This document shows positions 49,678 to 58,625 of a stretch of 64,000 bases of DNA, piece after piece; position 1 is the stretch's first letter, and each line of letters opens with the position of its first letter. This DNA comes from an uncultured Planctomycetaceae bacterium. GTDB lineage: Bacteria; Planctomycetota; Planctomycetia; Planctomycetales; Planctomycetaceae. The stretch is taken from NCBI GenBank assembly GCA_963815195.1, contig CAWFGE010000006.1, forward strand, positions 152,260 through 216,259. The letters are read 5' to 3'. The notes beneath the pieces are model-generated. The model worked only from the letters and a program-made list of their open reading frames with translations, made no database searches and was not told the origin of the DNA. The position numbers were made by a program, and so were the translations under genes.

Positions 49678-52600
49678 ATGAATCCTGCAAACCGAACGCC
49701 AAGTTCCACCGACGCTCAAAAAACCGCGGCCAACCGGGCGACGATTCCGCCCGAGTCGTCCAAGCCGCGAAATCGGGAAACCGTTCTGCCCACGAAGCAG
49801 GATTCCATTCCCAACGCGGGCGAGTTCGCTAAGAAGCCGGGGCGGGAGTTTGGACGCTACGAGATTCTGGAGTGCCTCGGACAGGGGGCGATGGGCGAAG
49901 TTTACAAGGCCCGGGATCGGCAACTGGATCGAATCGTCGCGTTGAAGATTCCCAAGTTTTCCGCCGAGGCCGCGCCGGAACTTTTGGAGCGGTTCCACCG
50001 CGAGGCCCGCTCGGCCGCCACGCTCAGCCATCCGAACATCTGCCCGGTCTTTGACGTCGGCGAGCACGGCGGGACGCATTATATTTCGATGGGCTATATC
50101 GACGGGAATCCGCTGTCCGCGTTTATCAAGCCGGGGAAACCTCAACCCGAACGCAAGGCGGCCGGCGTGGTTCGCAAACTCGCCCAGGGGTTGGAAGAAG
50201 CGCATCGGCAAGGCGTCGTGCACCGCGATCTCAAGCCCGACAACGTGATGATCGACCAGCGGGGCCAGCCGATTATTATGGACTTCGGCCTGGCCCAGCA
50301 ATCGAAGGCGAACAACGACATCCGCACAACGCACGGCGGACAGATGATCGGAACGCCGGCCTACATGTCGCCGGAGCAGGTCGACGGCGATTTGGAGCAC
50401 ATCGGACCGGCCAGCGACGTCTACAGCCTGGGCGTGATGCTCTACGAGTTGCTCACCGGCGAGTTGCCTTACCAGGGATCCGTGGCGTCGGTGCTCGCTC
50501 AAATCATCAAGGGCGAACCCGTGCCGCCCGGGCAACGGCGGAGCGGTCTCGACGGGGATCTGGAAGCGATCTGCTTGAAAATGATGGCCGCCGACCGCAA
50601 GAAACGCTACCAGTCCATGAGCGAAGTGACCGGTGCGCTCACGGCATGGCTCAAGGGCGAATCGTCCAAGACCACAACGTCCCAATCGGCAGCAACCCGG
50701 GAACCGGAGGACGAACTGGAGGCGTTGTTCCACGCGACCCGTGAAAATGCGATGCCGGTCCGCGCACCGGCGCGGTCCCTGCCGCCTCGCCCTCCCGCGG
50801 TGCGCCTAACGAAAGAACCGCGGGGACGCGCGTCAAACAAACCGTGGTTTGGGCGGCCTTGGGTTCTAATCGCGGGCGGAGGACTCGCCTGTGTGCTGTT
50901 GTTGCTCGGGGTTGTGCTCTTCGTGCAAGTGGGGGATCAAACGGTCAAGATCGAGATCGACGACCCGGACGCTCAGGTTTTCATCGACGGCGAGAACGTC
51001 GCCATCAAAAACTTGGGAGCCACCGTGGAACTGAAACCGGGCGAGCACAACCTGCACGTCCGCCGCGGAGACATCGTCGTGCAAACGGACGAGTTCGAAG
51101 TCTTCAAAGGCAAAAACCCGGTGCTCAAGATCCAGGTGGTCAAACCGCCGGCGGAAAAACCGCAGGTCGCCCGGACAGACTTGCCCCGGCCGGCTCCGCA
51201 GGTCGCCCGGACAGACTCGCCCCAGCCGCCCGCGACTTCCCCAAAACCCGTTCCCGAACCCGCTCCGAAAGCCCCGACGCCGATGGCGAAGGAAAAGTCC
51301 GCCGAGCAAGCCGCGCGGTTCGAAGACGGCGGGGATTATGTGTTGGACAACCAGACGGGCCTGTTGTGGCAGAAAGACGGGGACGCCTCCGGCAAACGCA
51401 ATTTCTCTCAGGCGGCGGAATATGCGAAATCCCTGAAGCTCGAGGGGCTCACCGGCTGGAGGGTTCCGACGGCTGAAGAACTCGCCGGCATCTTCCCCGC
51501 AACCGAATCCCCATTCAAAGACTCGAAATACACGAAAGTGAAATGCTGCGAGGGACCTTACGAATGGGACAGCTACTGGACGTCGCGGATTCAGGCCGCC
51601 AATGCCGCCCACTGCTATAGCTGGTATGCCGACGGCGGAGCGAGTAGCTGTTACGCCAGCAACCTTTTTTACGTTCGCTGCGTCCACGATCCCATCGACC
51701 CCAAGTTCAACGCCGACAAGGATCCCACCCGCCAACTGGTGGAATGGACCCTCCAACGCGGCGGGCGAGTTTTAATTCGCACGCTGCCCCTCAATCAGAG
51801 TTCGTGGCTCTTTCAAACGTCGCAGATGCCGGCGAAGTTTGAAGTCGTCGCGCTGACTTGGCCCCCCAAAACGGAGGTTTCCATCCAACAGTTGGAATGG
51901 GTTTCGCAGTTAAAAACTTTGGTCAGCGCGGACATGCAAGACTGCGGGCTGACCGATGAAGGTCTGCGGTTGATTGCTCAAAACAACGGACTGACGGAAC
52001 TGCGGATCCGGAGCAACGCCTTCACCGATGCAGGTCTGGAACATCTCCAGCACTTAGAGTCCCTGAAGATGCTCTGGCTGGAAGGTGCTCAGATCTCGGA
52101 TGCGGGATTGAAAAACCTCGCGGGGCTCTCTCATCTGGAATGGCTGGACGTGTCAGAAACAAGAATTACCGATAAAGGCATCGAACCCTTGTTACAACTC
52201 GATGCGCTGAAGAATCTCGACCTCGACGGAGCGAAGGTCACCGATTCGGCCGTCCGGGAACTGAAAGCTTTGCCGAGTCTCGAGTACCTCTATTTGCGTG
52301 AAACCGGCATCACCGATGAGGCTCTCAAGGCGCTCGCGGGACACAAAACGCTCCGTATCTTGATGGTGGCCAATACCGGCGTGACCGACGCGGGGTTGGC
52401 CTATCTGAAGGGCATGCCGCGCCTGGAAGTATTGATGCTCGACAAATGCCACATCACCGATGACGGGGTGATCAAGTATTTGACGAAGCTGAAGAACCTG
52501 CGCGGGCTGGGCCTCGCCGGCACGAAGCTGACGGATCGAGGGCTCGATGCGCTCATTAAAATCCCCAACCTTCGCATGCCGGAAACGGCGAACACCGCCG

Positions 52601-52704
52601 TGACGTCGGCGGCCGTGGCGAGATTTGAGAAGGCTCACCCCAAACCCATGCCTCCCGGACGCCCAAGGCCGCCCCGGCGCCCGTCCAACTCGAGTTCGCG
52701 GTGA
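49678..52704 (+). CDS. Transmembrane Ser/Thr protein kinase with DUF1566-like domain and LRRs
   Basis: LGQGAMG, VALK, HRDLKPDN, DFGLA, GTPAYMSPEQ; TM; VLDNQTGLLWQ..GWRVPT..EL..YWTS..VRCV; ITDxGLxxL repeats. Confidence 0.92.
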   Translation: MNPANRTPSSTDAQKTAANRATIPPESSKPRNRETVLPTKQDSIPNAGEFAKKPGREFGRYEILECLGQGAMGEVYKARDRQLDRIVALKIPKFSAEAAPELLERFHREARSAATLSHPNICPVFDVGEHGGTHYISMGYIDGNPLSAFIKPGKPQPERKAAGVVRKLAQGLEEAHRQGVVHRDLKPDNVMIDQRGQPIIMDFGLAQQSKANNDIRTTHGGQMIGTPAYMSPEQVDGDLEHIGPASDVYSLGVMLYELLTGELPYQGSVASVLAQIIKGEPVPPGQRRSGLDGDLEAICLKMMAADRKKRYQSMSEVTGALTAWLKGESSKTTTSQSAATREPEDELEALFHATRENAMPVRAPARSLPPRPPAVRLTKEPRGRASNKPWFGRPWVLIAGGGLACVLLLLGVVLFVQVGDQTVKIEIDDPDAQVFIDGENVAIKNLGATVELKPGEHNLHVRRGDIVVQTDEFEVFKGKNPVLKIQVVKPPAEKPQVARTDLPRPAPQVARTDSPQPPATSPKPVPEPAPKAPTPMAKEKSAEQAARFEDGGDYVLDNQTGLLWQKDGDASGKRNFSQAAEYAKSLKLEGLTGWRVPTAEELAGIFPATESPFKDSKYTKVKCCEGPYEWDSYWTSRIQAANAAHCYSWYADGGASSCYASNLFYVRCVHDPIDPKFNADKDPTRQLVEWTLQRGGRVLIRTLPLNQSSWLFQTSQMPAKFEVVALTWPPKTEVSIQQLEWVSQLKTLVSADMQDCGLTDEGLRLIAQNNGLTELRIRSNAFTDAGLEHLQHLESLKMLWLEGAQISDAGLKNLAGLSHLEWLDVSETRITDKGIEPLLQLDALKNLDLDGAKVTDSAVRELKALPSLEYLYLRETGITDEALKALAGHKTLRILMVANTGVTDAGLAYLKGMPRLEVLMLDKCHITDDGVIKYLTKLKNLRGLGLAGTKLTDRGLDALIKIPNLRMPETANTAVTSAAVARFEKAHPKPMPPGRPRPPRRPSNSSSR

Positions 52705-52750
52705 GCGGCGTCCGCCCGTCCGATTCTTCTCTAGGCCGGCGAGCCTTGTC

Positions 52751-52885
52751 ATGTCCGAAATGTCGATCCATGAGGCTTGTCAGCGTGGGGACATCGACCG
52801 GGTCCGCGCGCTGATCGCCGCGGACCCCGCGGTCGTCGATGCCGACGATGAGCACAATTGGCGGCCGATTTTTCATGCAGGGTTA
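52751..52885 (+). pseudogene. Ankyrin-repeat protein N-terminal fragment
   Basis: SIHEACQRGDIDRVRALIAADPAVVDADDEHNWRPIFHA, then similarity is lost abruptly. Confidence 0.65.
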
Positions 52886-53136
52886 TGTTTATTCTGGCCG
52901 GCCAGTCCAACATGGAAGGCCAGGCCGCGCGGCGGCCCGACAGAACGAACAAAAACCCAAAGCTGATCCGCCGCGGGTTGACCCCGGGACGTTCTACCAG
53001 GAAAACTGGGAGCAGAAATACAAAGAACCAACTCGCCTACACGTCGGATCGGCGCTATCACTATTTGGGGTCGTGACGCTGCTATTACGAGATGGGCGAG
53101 GCCATGGGCAAAGCCATGTTGGAATTGCTGAAATGA
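52879..53136 (+). pseudogene. Internally deleted sialate O-acetylesterase (SGNH) remnant
   Basis: FILAGQSNMEG N-terminal motif joined to C-terminal YHYLGS*RCYYEMGEAMGKAMLELLK with an in-frame TGA at 53074. Confidence 0.7.
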
Positions 53137-53173
53137 CACGACGGTGAAACTTCAGATTCCATCAGCGCCCCGG

Positions 53174-54712
53174 TTACGGGCGGCGTCTGCGGCGGCGGCC
53201 GGGGTTGCGCGGGGACCGCGACGATTCCCGCTCGGAACGCTGCGAAGTGGACGAGCCCGATCTCCGCGGTTGGACCAAGTAGGAAACCGCTTCCTCCCAA
53301 GTGGGAATGTTGCGGTAAGGCGATTCCTTGTCGTCCCGGCCTTTCTGCTGGCGGCGGCTCCTCGGGGCTTCTTCCTCTTCCACGTCTTCGTCCTCATCCA
53401 CCTCATCCACCTCATCCACCTCGAGGGTTTCTTCTTCCTCCCGTTCCTCGAGGCCGGCGACAAACGCATCGGGCTCTGGCTCGGGGCGGCGTTTGCGGCG
53501 GGAGCGCTTGCGGCGAGGTCCTTCCTCTTCCTCCGGCTCTTCCACATTCGCGGGGGGGCGGGCGGATTTTTTGTTTGAGGGACGTTCCCGGACTTCGCCT
53601 TCCTCGTCCATCGACTCAAAGTCCATGTCGTCCAAATCGATCTCTTCGTTTTTCTCCGGCTCGCCGGCAACGGCTTCCTCGGCCGTTTCCCCGCGAGGCT
53701 TTCGGCGGCGACGGCGGCGACGGCGTTTGCGTTCGGAAGGAGCTTCCTCGTCATCCGCCTCCGCAGCGAATCCCACGGACTCCGGTTCTTTTGGGGCCGC
53801 GGCTTTCCCGGCGGGAGCCTCTTCCAACAGCCCCGCGCCGAAGTCGACGTCCTCGTATTCGTTGTAATAGTCCGCCGCGGAGGTGATTTCCTCATCCACC
53901 AGCGTTCGTTCTTCCGCGGAGGCCTTCTTGGGTTTCCGTCGCTCTCGCGGTTCCCGCTGTTCCCGCGGCTCCCGCTGTTCCCGCGGCTCCCGCTGTTCCC
54001 GCTTGGGCCGGCGTTCGCCTCGGCCGGGTTTGCTTGTCTTGGGGGCCTTGCCTTTCGGGGCCCCGGCTTCATCCTCGTCCGCGTCCCATTCAAACTCGTT
54101 CAAGGCTTCCCAATAGGTGTCATCTTCGTCCTCGTCGTCGTCGTCCGCTTCCTCTAACTCGTCCAACTCCTCTAACTCGTCCAAATCGTCCAACTCCTCC
54201 AACTCCTCGTCCAACTCGTCTTCCATGTCCTCGATCTCGTCGTCGATTTCGTCTTCCGCTTCCTCGTCCGCCTCTTCAACCGCTTCCTCGTCTTCGTCGA
54301 AACCGGCGAAGAAATCGTCCTCCTCTTCGTCCTCGATGCTCGTTGAGGAACTCGCCGAGACGTCGCGTACGGTGGGTTTCACGGGCGGGGTGGGTTTCAC
54401 GGGCGGGGTGGGTTTCACGGGCGGGGTGGGTTTCACGGGTGCCGCGGGCGCGGGCTCCGGCGAGTCGTCCTCTTCGGGAAACGAAGCCTCTTCCTCCTCG
54501 GGGAACGAGGCGAGCTGCACGTCTTCATCGCTCGGCACGTCTCCGCCGCGGTCGTCCGAGGGTTTTTCCAACTCGACGTGGAGATCGAAGGAAATGACTT
54601 CTTCGTCGGGCAGGGCCGGTTGGCTGAAATCAATGCCGAAGAGGTTCGTTGCCAACGATTCCAGCGAATCGTCGTCGCCGGGCAATTTGGGGCCGTTGGG
54701 GTTTTTGTTCAT
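53174..54712 (-). CDS. Highly acidic, disordered hypothetical protein
   Basis: D/E tracts, poly-Arg patches, short motifs YWEALNEFEW, DFGAGL, YRNIPTWEEAVSYLV. Confidence 0.8.
   Translation of the reverse strand: MNKNPNGPKLPGDDDSLESLATNLFGIDFSQPALPDEEVISFDLHVELEKPSDDRGGDVPSDEDVQLASFPEEEEASFPEEDDSPEPAPAAPVKPTPPVKPTPPVKPTPPVKPTVRDVSASSSTSIEDEEEDDFFAGFDEDEEAVEEADEEAEDEIDDEIEDMEDELDEELEELDDLDELEELDELEEADDDDEDEDDTYWEALNEFEWDADEDEAGAPKGKAPKTSKPGRGERRPKREQREPREQREPREQREPRERRKPKKASAEERTLVDEEITSAADYYNEYEDVDFGAGLLEEAPAGKAAAPKEPESVGFAAEADDEEAPSERKRRRRRRRRKPRGETAEEAVAGEPEKNEEIDLDDMDFESMDEEGEVRERPSNKKSARPPANVEEPEEEEGPRRKRSRRKRRPEPEPDAFVAGLEEREEEETLEVDEVDEVDEDEDVEEEEAPRSRRQQKGRDDKESPYRNIPTWEEAVSYLVQPRRSGSSTSQRSERESSRSPRNPGRRRRRRP
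53946..54002 (-). repeat. 18-bp coding tandem repeat x3 (REQREP)
   Basis: cgcggYtcccgctgttcc repeated. Confidence 0.9.
54371..54439 (-). repeat. 18-bp coding tandem repeat, nearly x4 (PVKPTP)
   Basis: ggtgggtttcacgggcgg repeated perfectly. Confidence 0.92.
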
Positions 54713-54768
54713 GCCTGATGGAATCTTTGCCTGGAGGGTGTTTTCGTTCTCGAACGGGCGGCGAACGT

Positions 54769-55131
54769 CTAATCGAAGTGTTCGTCCGCGGGGTCAAATT
54801 TGGGGATGACGATATTGAGGATCGTCATGTTGCCGATCGCCCGATGCCTCACCCCGGGGGGAATCAAAATGCACATGCCTTCTCGGACCGGCAGGATTTC
54901 CTCGTCCAGCTCCATTTTCGCGTCGTCTTCGCAGGAGAGAAAATAATACGCTTCCGTGTGGTGCTTATGGTAGTGTTTGCGAGCGAGTTCCGAGATTTTC
55001 GTCTGGTGGATCGTGGCGGGGTAATCTTCCACGTCGGCAAACGCCCGTTTGGCCGTTCCGCAGGGGCAGGACACGCCGGGAAGTTCCGCGAAATCCACGA
55101 TTTGATATTGCGGTTTGGGAAGCGTGCTCAT
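54769..55131 (-). CDS. Cupin domain protein
   Basis: CPCG, HYHKHHTEAYY, IPPGVRHRA. Confidence 0.9.
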   Translation of the reverse strand: MSTLPKPQYQIVDFAELPGVSCPCGTAKRAFADVEDYPATIHQTKISELARKHYHKHHTEAYYFLSCEDDAKMELDEEILPVREGMCILIPPGVRHRAIGNMTILNIVIPKFDPADEHFD

Positions 55132-55360
55132 CAAACCGGTGTTTTGGATGTCAATGAAATAGAGGAATGAACGTCGCGGGGTCCTGCCGCCTTTGACCGA
55201 TCTTGGCGGTTCGAAGTCCTGCGCGACGGAAGATTGGCCGCACCCTAGGCGAAAGTCACAAACTCAGCATCTCAATTGTGTCGAGTGGCGAGGGAATCCG
55301 TCAAGCGCAGGCCGCGGGAAAGCGGGGGTTTAAGGGCATTTCGGCTGGGATTTTTGAGGC

Positions 55361-56183
55361 TCAGTTTCCGGAATGGGACGCCACGTGCTGTTCGCCGGTC
55401 TCGGTTTCCTCGGGCTCCGGCGGCTCGGCGGGGACGGGTTTTCTCAGGACGGGCTTGACGGACGGCGCGAACAGGTGCGGTTCGCAATAAGGGCAGGCGT
55501 CGGCATAAATGATTTTCCCGCATTGGCCGCACTCGTGCGCGCCGAACTGCGCGGTCGGCGGCTCGGAGACACGCTGCCAGACCAAAAACGCGAACGTGAA
55601 CACCACGCTCAACACCATCAGCCAGGCGTTGTTGCCCAGGTGCTGCAAGATCGCGAACACGATGGCGATGCAGCAGGCGACGTAAATAAACACATCCTGC
55701 CAGGTTTGCCGGCGGGCTTTGGAACGCCGGTACGCCGCGCGGGAGCTCGCGGTCGAATTCGGTCCTCAAGAGTTCGCGTTTGCCGCGGGAGAGCCATTGC
55801 GCTTCGGGGGATTCGACCGCCGCCAGGAGACGCTCGGCGGAATCGTAAACCCGGTAGGTGTCGTCAAATTCGAACGCCTCCTGGTGGGCCCATTGGTTGC
55901 GGAATGTGCGGAGCTCGCTGACCAGGCTGCGCTCGGCGTGTCCCAGGCGGTGGCGGAACACGCTGTTCCATTGGTCCCACATCACCGTCAGCAGCGAATG
56001 GGCGTCCCAGTTGGGCTGGTCGCCGCCCTGGTTCGGCTGCCCGCGTCCGCCGCGGAAGCTGTCCTGCACGACCGACGGCCAGCGGTCTTTGTAAACCGCT
56101 TGCATCTCGCGTTCCACAAAGGGCGCGAGCCCTTTGGCCAGAACGTCGAGCGCGCGAGTGACTTGGGCATGATCTTGAGGCAT
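55361..56183 (-). CDS. Swt1-like HEPN domain + two TM helices + Zn ribbon (frameshift near 55742)
   Basis: GLAPFVERE, LLTVMWDQWNSVF, ELRTFRNQWAH (RxxxxH); removing one base gives ELRAAYRRSKARRQTWQDVFIYV joining TM segments and CGQC...CPYC. Confidence 0.75.
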
Positions 56184-56418
56184 GGGTCTTACTCGAATCG
56201 TCGATAGGGGACGTTTGGAGGGGGAGAACCTCGCCAAGCGGCGCGGAGGATCCCGTAGTCCATGATCGACGCCCGGCAATCCGGGATTGACCTGTTCCGC
56301 GCCGGCCGCGAGGGATTTGGGGAAACGGCGGCGTCTATTCGGAAATGAGGACTTCTGCAAGCCCGGGCCGATGGTCGGATTCTAGCGAAGAATCCGCGCA
56401 GGGGATTGATCGCAGGCG

Positions 56419-57201
56419 TTACTCGGCGGCGATGGTCAGTTCGTTGACGACGGAGCGGACGCCCGGCTCCATGCGGGCGAGCATCGCGGCGAGTTTCCTG
56501 TCGTTTTCCGAGGGCACGCTGCCGCGAAGAATGGCTCGGCGGTCGCCGCCCATTTGCACTTGGACGCCCTGCAAAGAGGGCCGGTCGGTCTGGAGCCGCT
56601 GAAACTCCGTGCTGAGATTCGTTTGGACGTTGACGGGGGGGCGGGCGTTGTAATCAAAAGCGATGCTCAGACGGGGGCGGACGATGCGCTGGGAGAGCAT
56701 GCCGGTTTGCTGGTTGTTGAAGTTGTTTTGCTGGCTGGTGTAATTGTTGTTCTGGTTACCCCGCCCGACGTTCGTGCCTTGGATGCCCTGTTGCCCCGTC
56801 ATCGCGTTGCCGACGAACCGGCCCGCCGTATCGGACCGGCCGACGAAGCCGCCTTGTCCGACCGTGGCGCTCAGTTGGCCGAGTTGGGTGCTGATTTGCG
56901 GACCGGTCAAAGCGGTGCCCGAAGTGGCAGCCTGTCCCGACGTATTCAGCGAGGAAGATCCCTGCGTGAGGGAGGAGAGCAGCGACGTGCTGGTCGACGC
57001 CTGGTTGGTTCCACCGAAGGTGCTCGAGAAGCCCGTTTGGTTGCTGGTGGAGCGGACCAGACCCGAGCTTCCGCCGGAATTGGTCGGAGCTCCCGTGCCA
57101 AACATGCTCTGGGCCAAGGCGGACTCTATGCCGAATCCCCAAACCACGGCTCCCACGAGCAGCAACATTCCCCAGCGCGGGGATGGATGGATGGACAACA
57201 T
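56419..57201 (-). CDS. Secreted BON-domain protein with G/S/T/N-rich linker
   Basis: Signal peptide; AILRGSVPSENDRKLA...EPGVRSVVNELTI. Confidence 0.85.
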   Translation of the reverse strand: MLSIHPSPRWGMLLLVGAVVWGFGIESALAQSMFGTGAPTNSGGSSGLVRSTSNQTGFSSTFGGTNQASTSTSLLSSLTQGSSSLNTSGQAATSGTALTGPQISTQLGQLSATVGQGGFVGRSDTAGRFVGNAMTGQQGIQGTNVGRGNQNNNYTSQQNNFNNQQTGMLSQRIVRPRLSIAFDYNARPPVNVQTNLSTEFQRLQTDRPSLQGVQVQMGGDRRAILRGSVPSENDRKLAAMLARMEPGVRSVVNELTIAAE

Positions 57202-57373
57202 GGCGGTTGGCTCCTGGGTATGAAAACCGGCGGCATTGGGTTCACCGCCCCCTTATAGGTCGAACCCTCGCCGCCGCATATCATACCACAATTCGCCGAA
57301 TTCTCGCCACCCAATTCGCAATTCCGCCGGAAATATCGATTGGACCGGAAATTCCGCCCGTCCGCCGCGTGGA

Positions 57374-58499
57374 TTACTCTCCGTCGCTTGCCAGGGGGTG
57401 ATGCTGGAGCGGATGGGACGTCGCGGGCGGGCGGTAGGCTCCGGGATACGTCGTGGGCTGTTGGAGCAACTCATCCGCAGTGGACCGGACGGTCGGCAGC
57501 GGGCGGGCGGCGCGGGCTCGGATTGAACCGATTCGGGGCGGGCGGGGTGGCGGCCGAGTGTTGTTCCGCGAGAATCGATCCCGGCGTTTTCGCCTGCGAG
57601 GAAACGTCTGTGGGTGAGGCTGTCCGCGCGGGATGATAGGAAATCGCGGACGGTGCCGGTTGGACCGCTTTCGCGGGTTGGGATCCGACGGACATTCCAT
57701 TTCTGCGAGCCAGTTCCAAAGCCCGCCTGATTTGGGCTTCGTCGCTGGTGGAACGGATCACTTCGTGCGGCGGCAATTCCGAAACCGGGGCCGTCGTGTG
57801 CTGCATCTGCATCGTTCCCGGATTCAATTGGGAAAACTGCACCCGCTGTTTTTCCTTGAGCGGAATGGTGATGCTCTCCAAAGAGCTTCGCTGGTCGGGC
57901 GGGGCCTGGGCGGCGGGCGTGTCGGCTTTCTTGGTTTTGGTTCCAGGCATGTACACAGCGACCGTTTCGGAATAAACGGGCGGGCCGTTTTTCGGCGTGA
58001 ACCGCACCCGCAGGGCGCAATTGGCCTGATGGCCGCCATTCCTTGTGTAGGGGATAAATACGCTGTAAGCCGGCCCCAAGGAGCTTTTCTGCAAGTGAAT
58101 CGTCCAGGATTCGCCGATGAAATCCCACTGGTGGATCGGCTTGCTGTGCTCGTCGGGCTGGCCTTGGTCGTCATGCACGTAAATCCGCACGTCCCCGTCC
58201 ACGCGGACGCCCGTCGGAATGTCGCGGGTAAAGAACGTGATCTTCCCCGCGAATCCCCGCGTGGGCAGACCTTCGGGATCCTGGCCTTCGGCCGCGTTCC
58301 AGACGCAGAGCATATCGATCACCGGATTCTCCGGCGTGGCCCGGGGAAGTTTGTCCGCTTCGGCAAGCCATTGCTTGGGCAGCGAGCCGCATCCCGCGAC
58401 GCAACAAACCCCGGCCAAGAGGAGGGCCAAAACTCCGGCTCGTCCGCCGTGCGCGCGGCCGGGATTTCGCAGGATTCGCAGCAGATTCATCACAATCAC
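57374..58499 (-). CDS. Hypothetical lipoprotein downstream of the secretin (3' end uncertain: 57471, or 57374 if frameshifted)
   Basis: Lipobox VAGC; PTRGFAGKITFF, SSLGPAYSVFIPY. Confidence 0.7.
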
Positions 58500-58625
58500 C
58501 TCAGGGAAATTGCATTGAACAAAGGATTATGGCGATTCAATTTTCGCGGTTCAATATTGGCGGTTCGCTCTCATTACCTTCCCCGGGTGAGCCGAATGAT
58601 GGAATCCATCGGGAACTCCAACCGC

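Noticed and set aside
53074..53076. In-frame TGA as selenocysteine or recoding
   Set aside because: It lies in an already deleted gene remnant, and TGA is used as a normal stop throughout the window.
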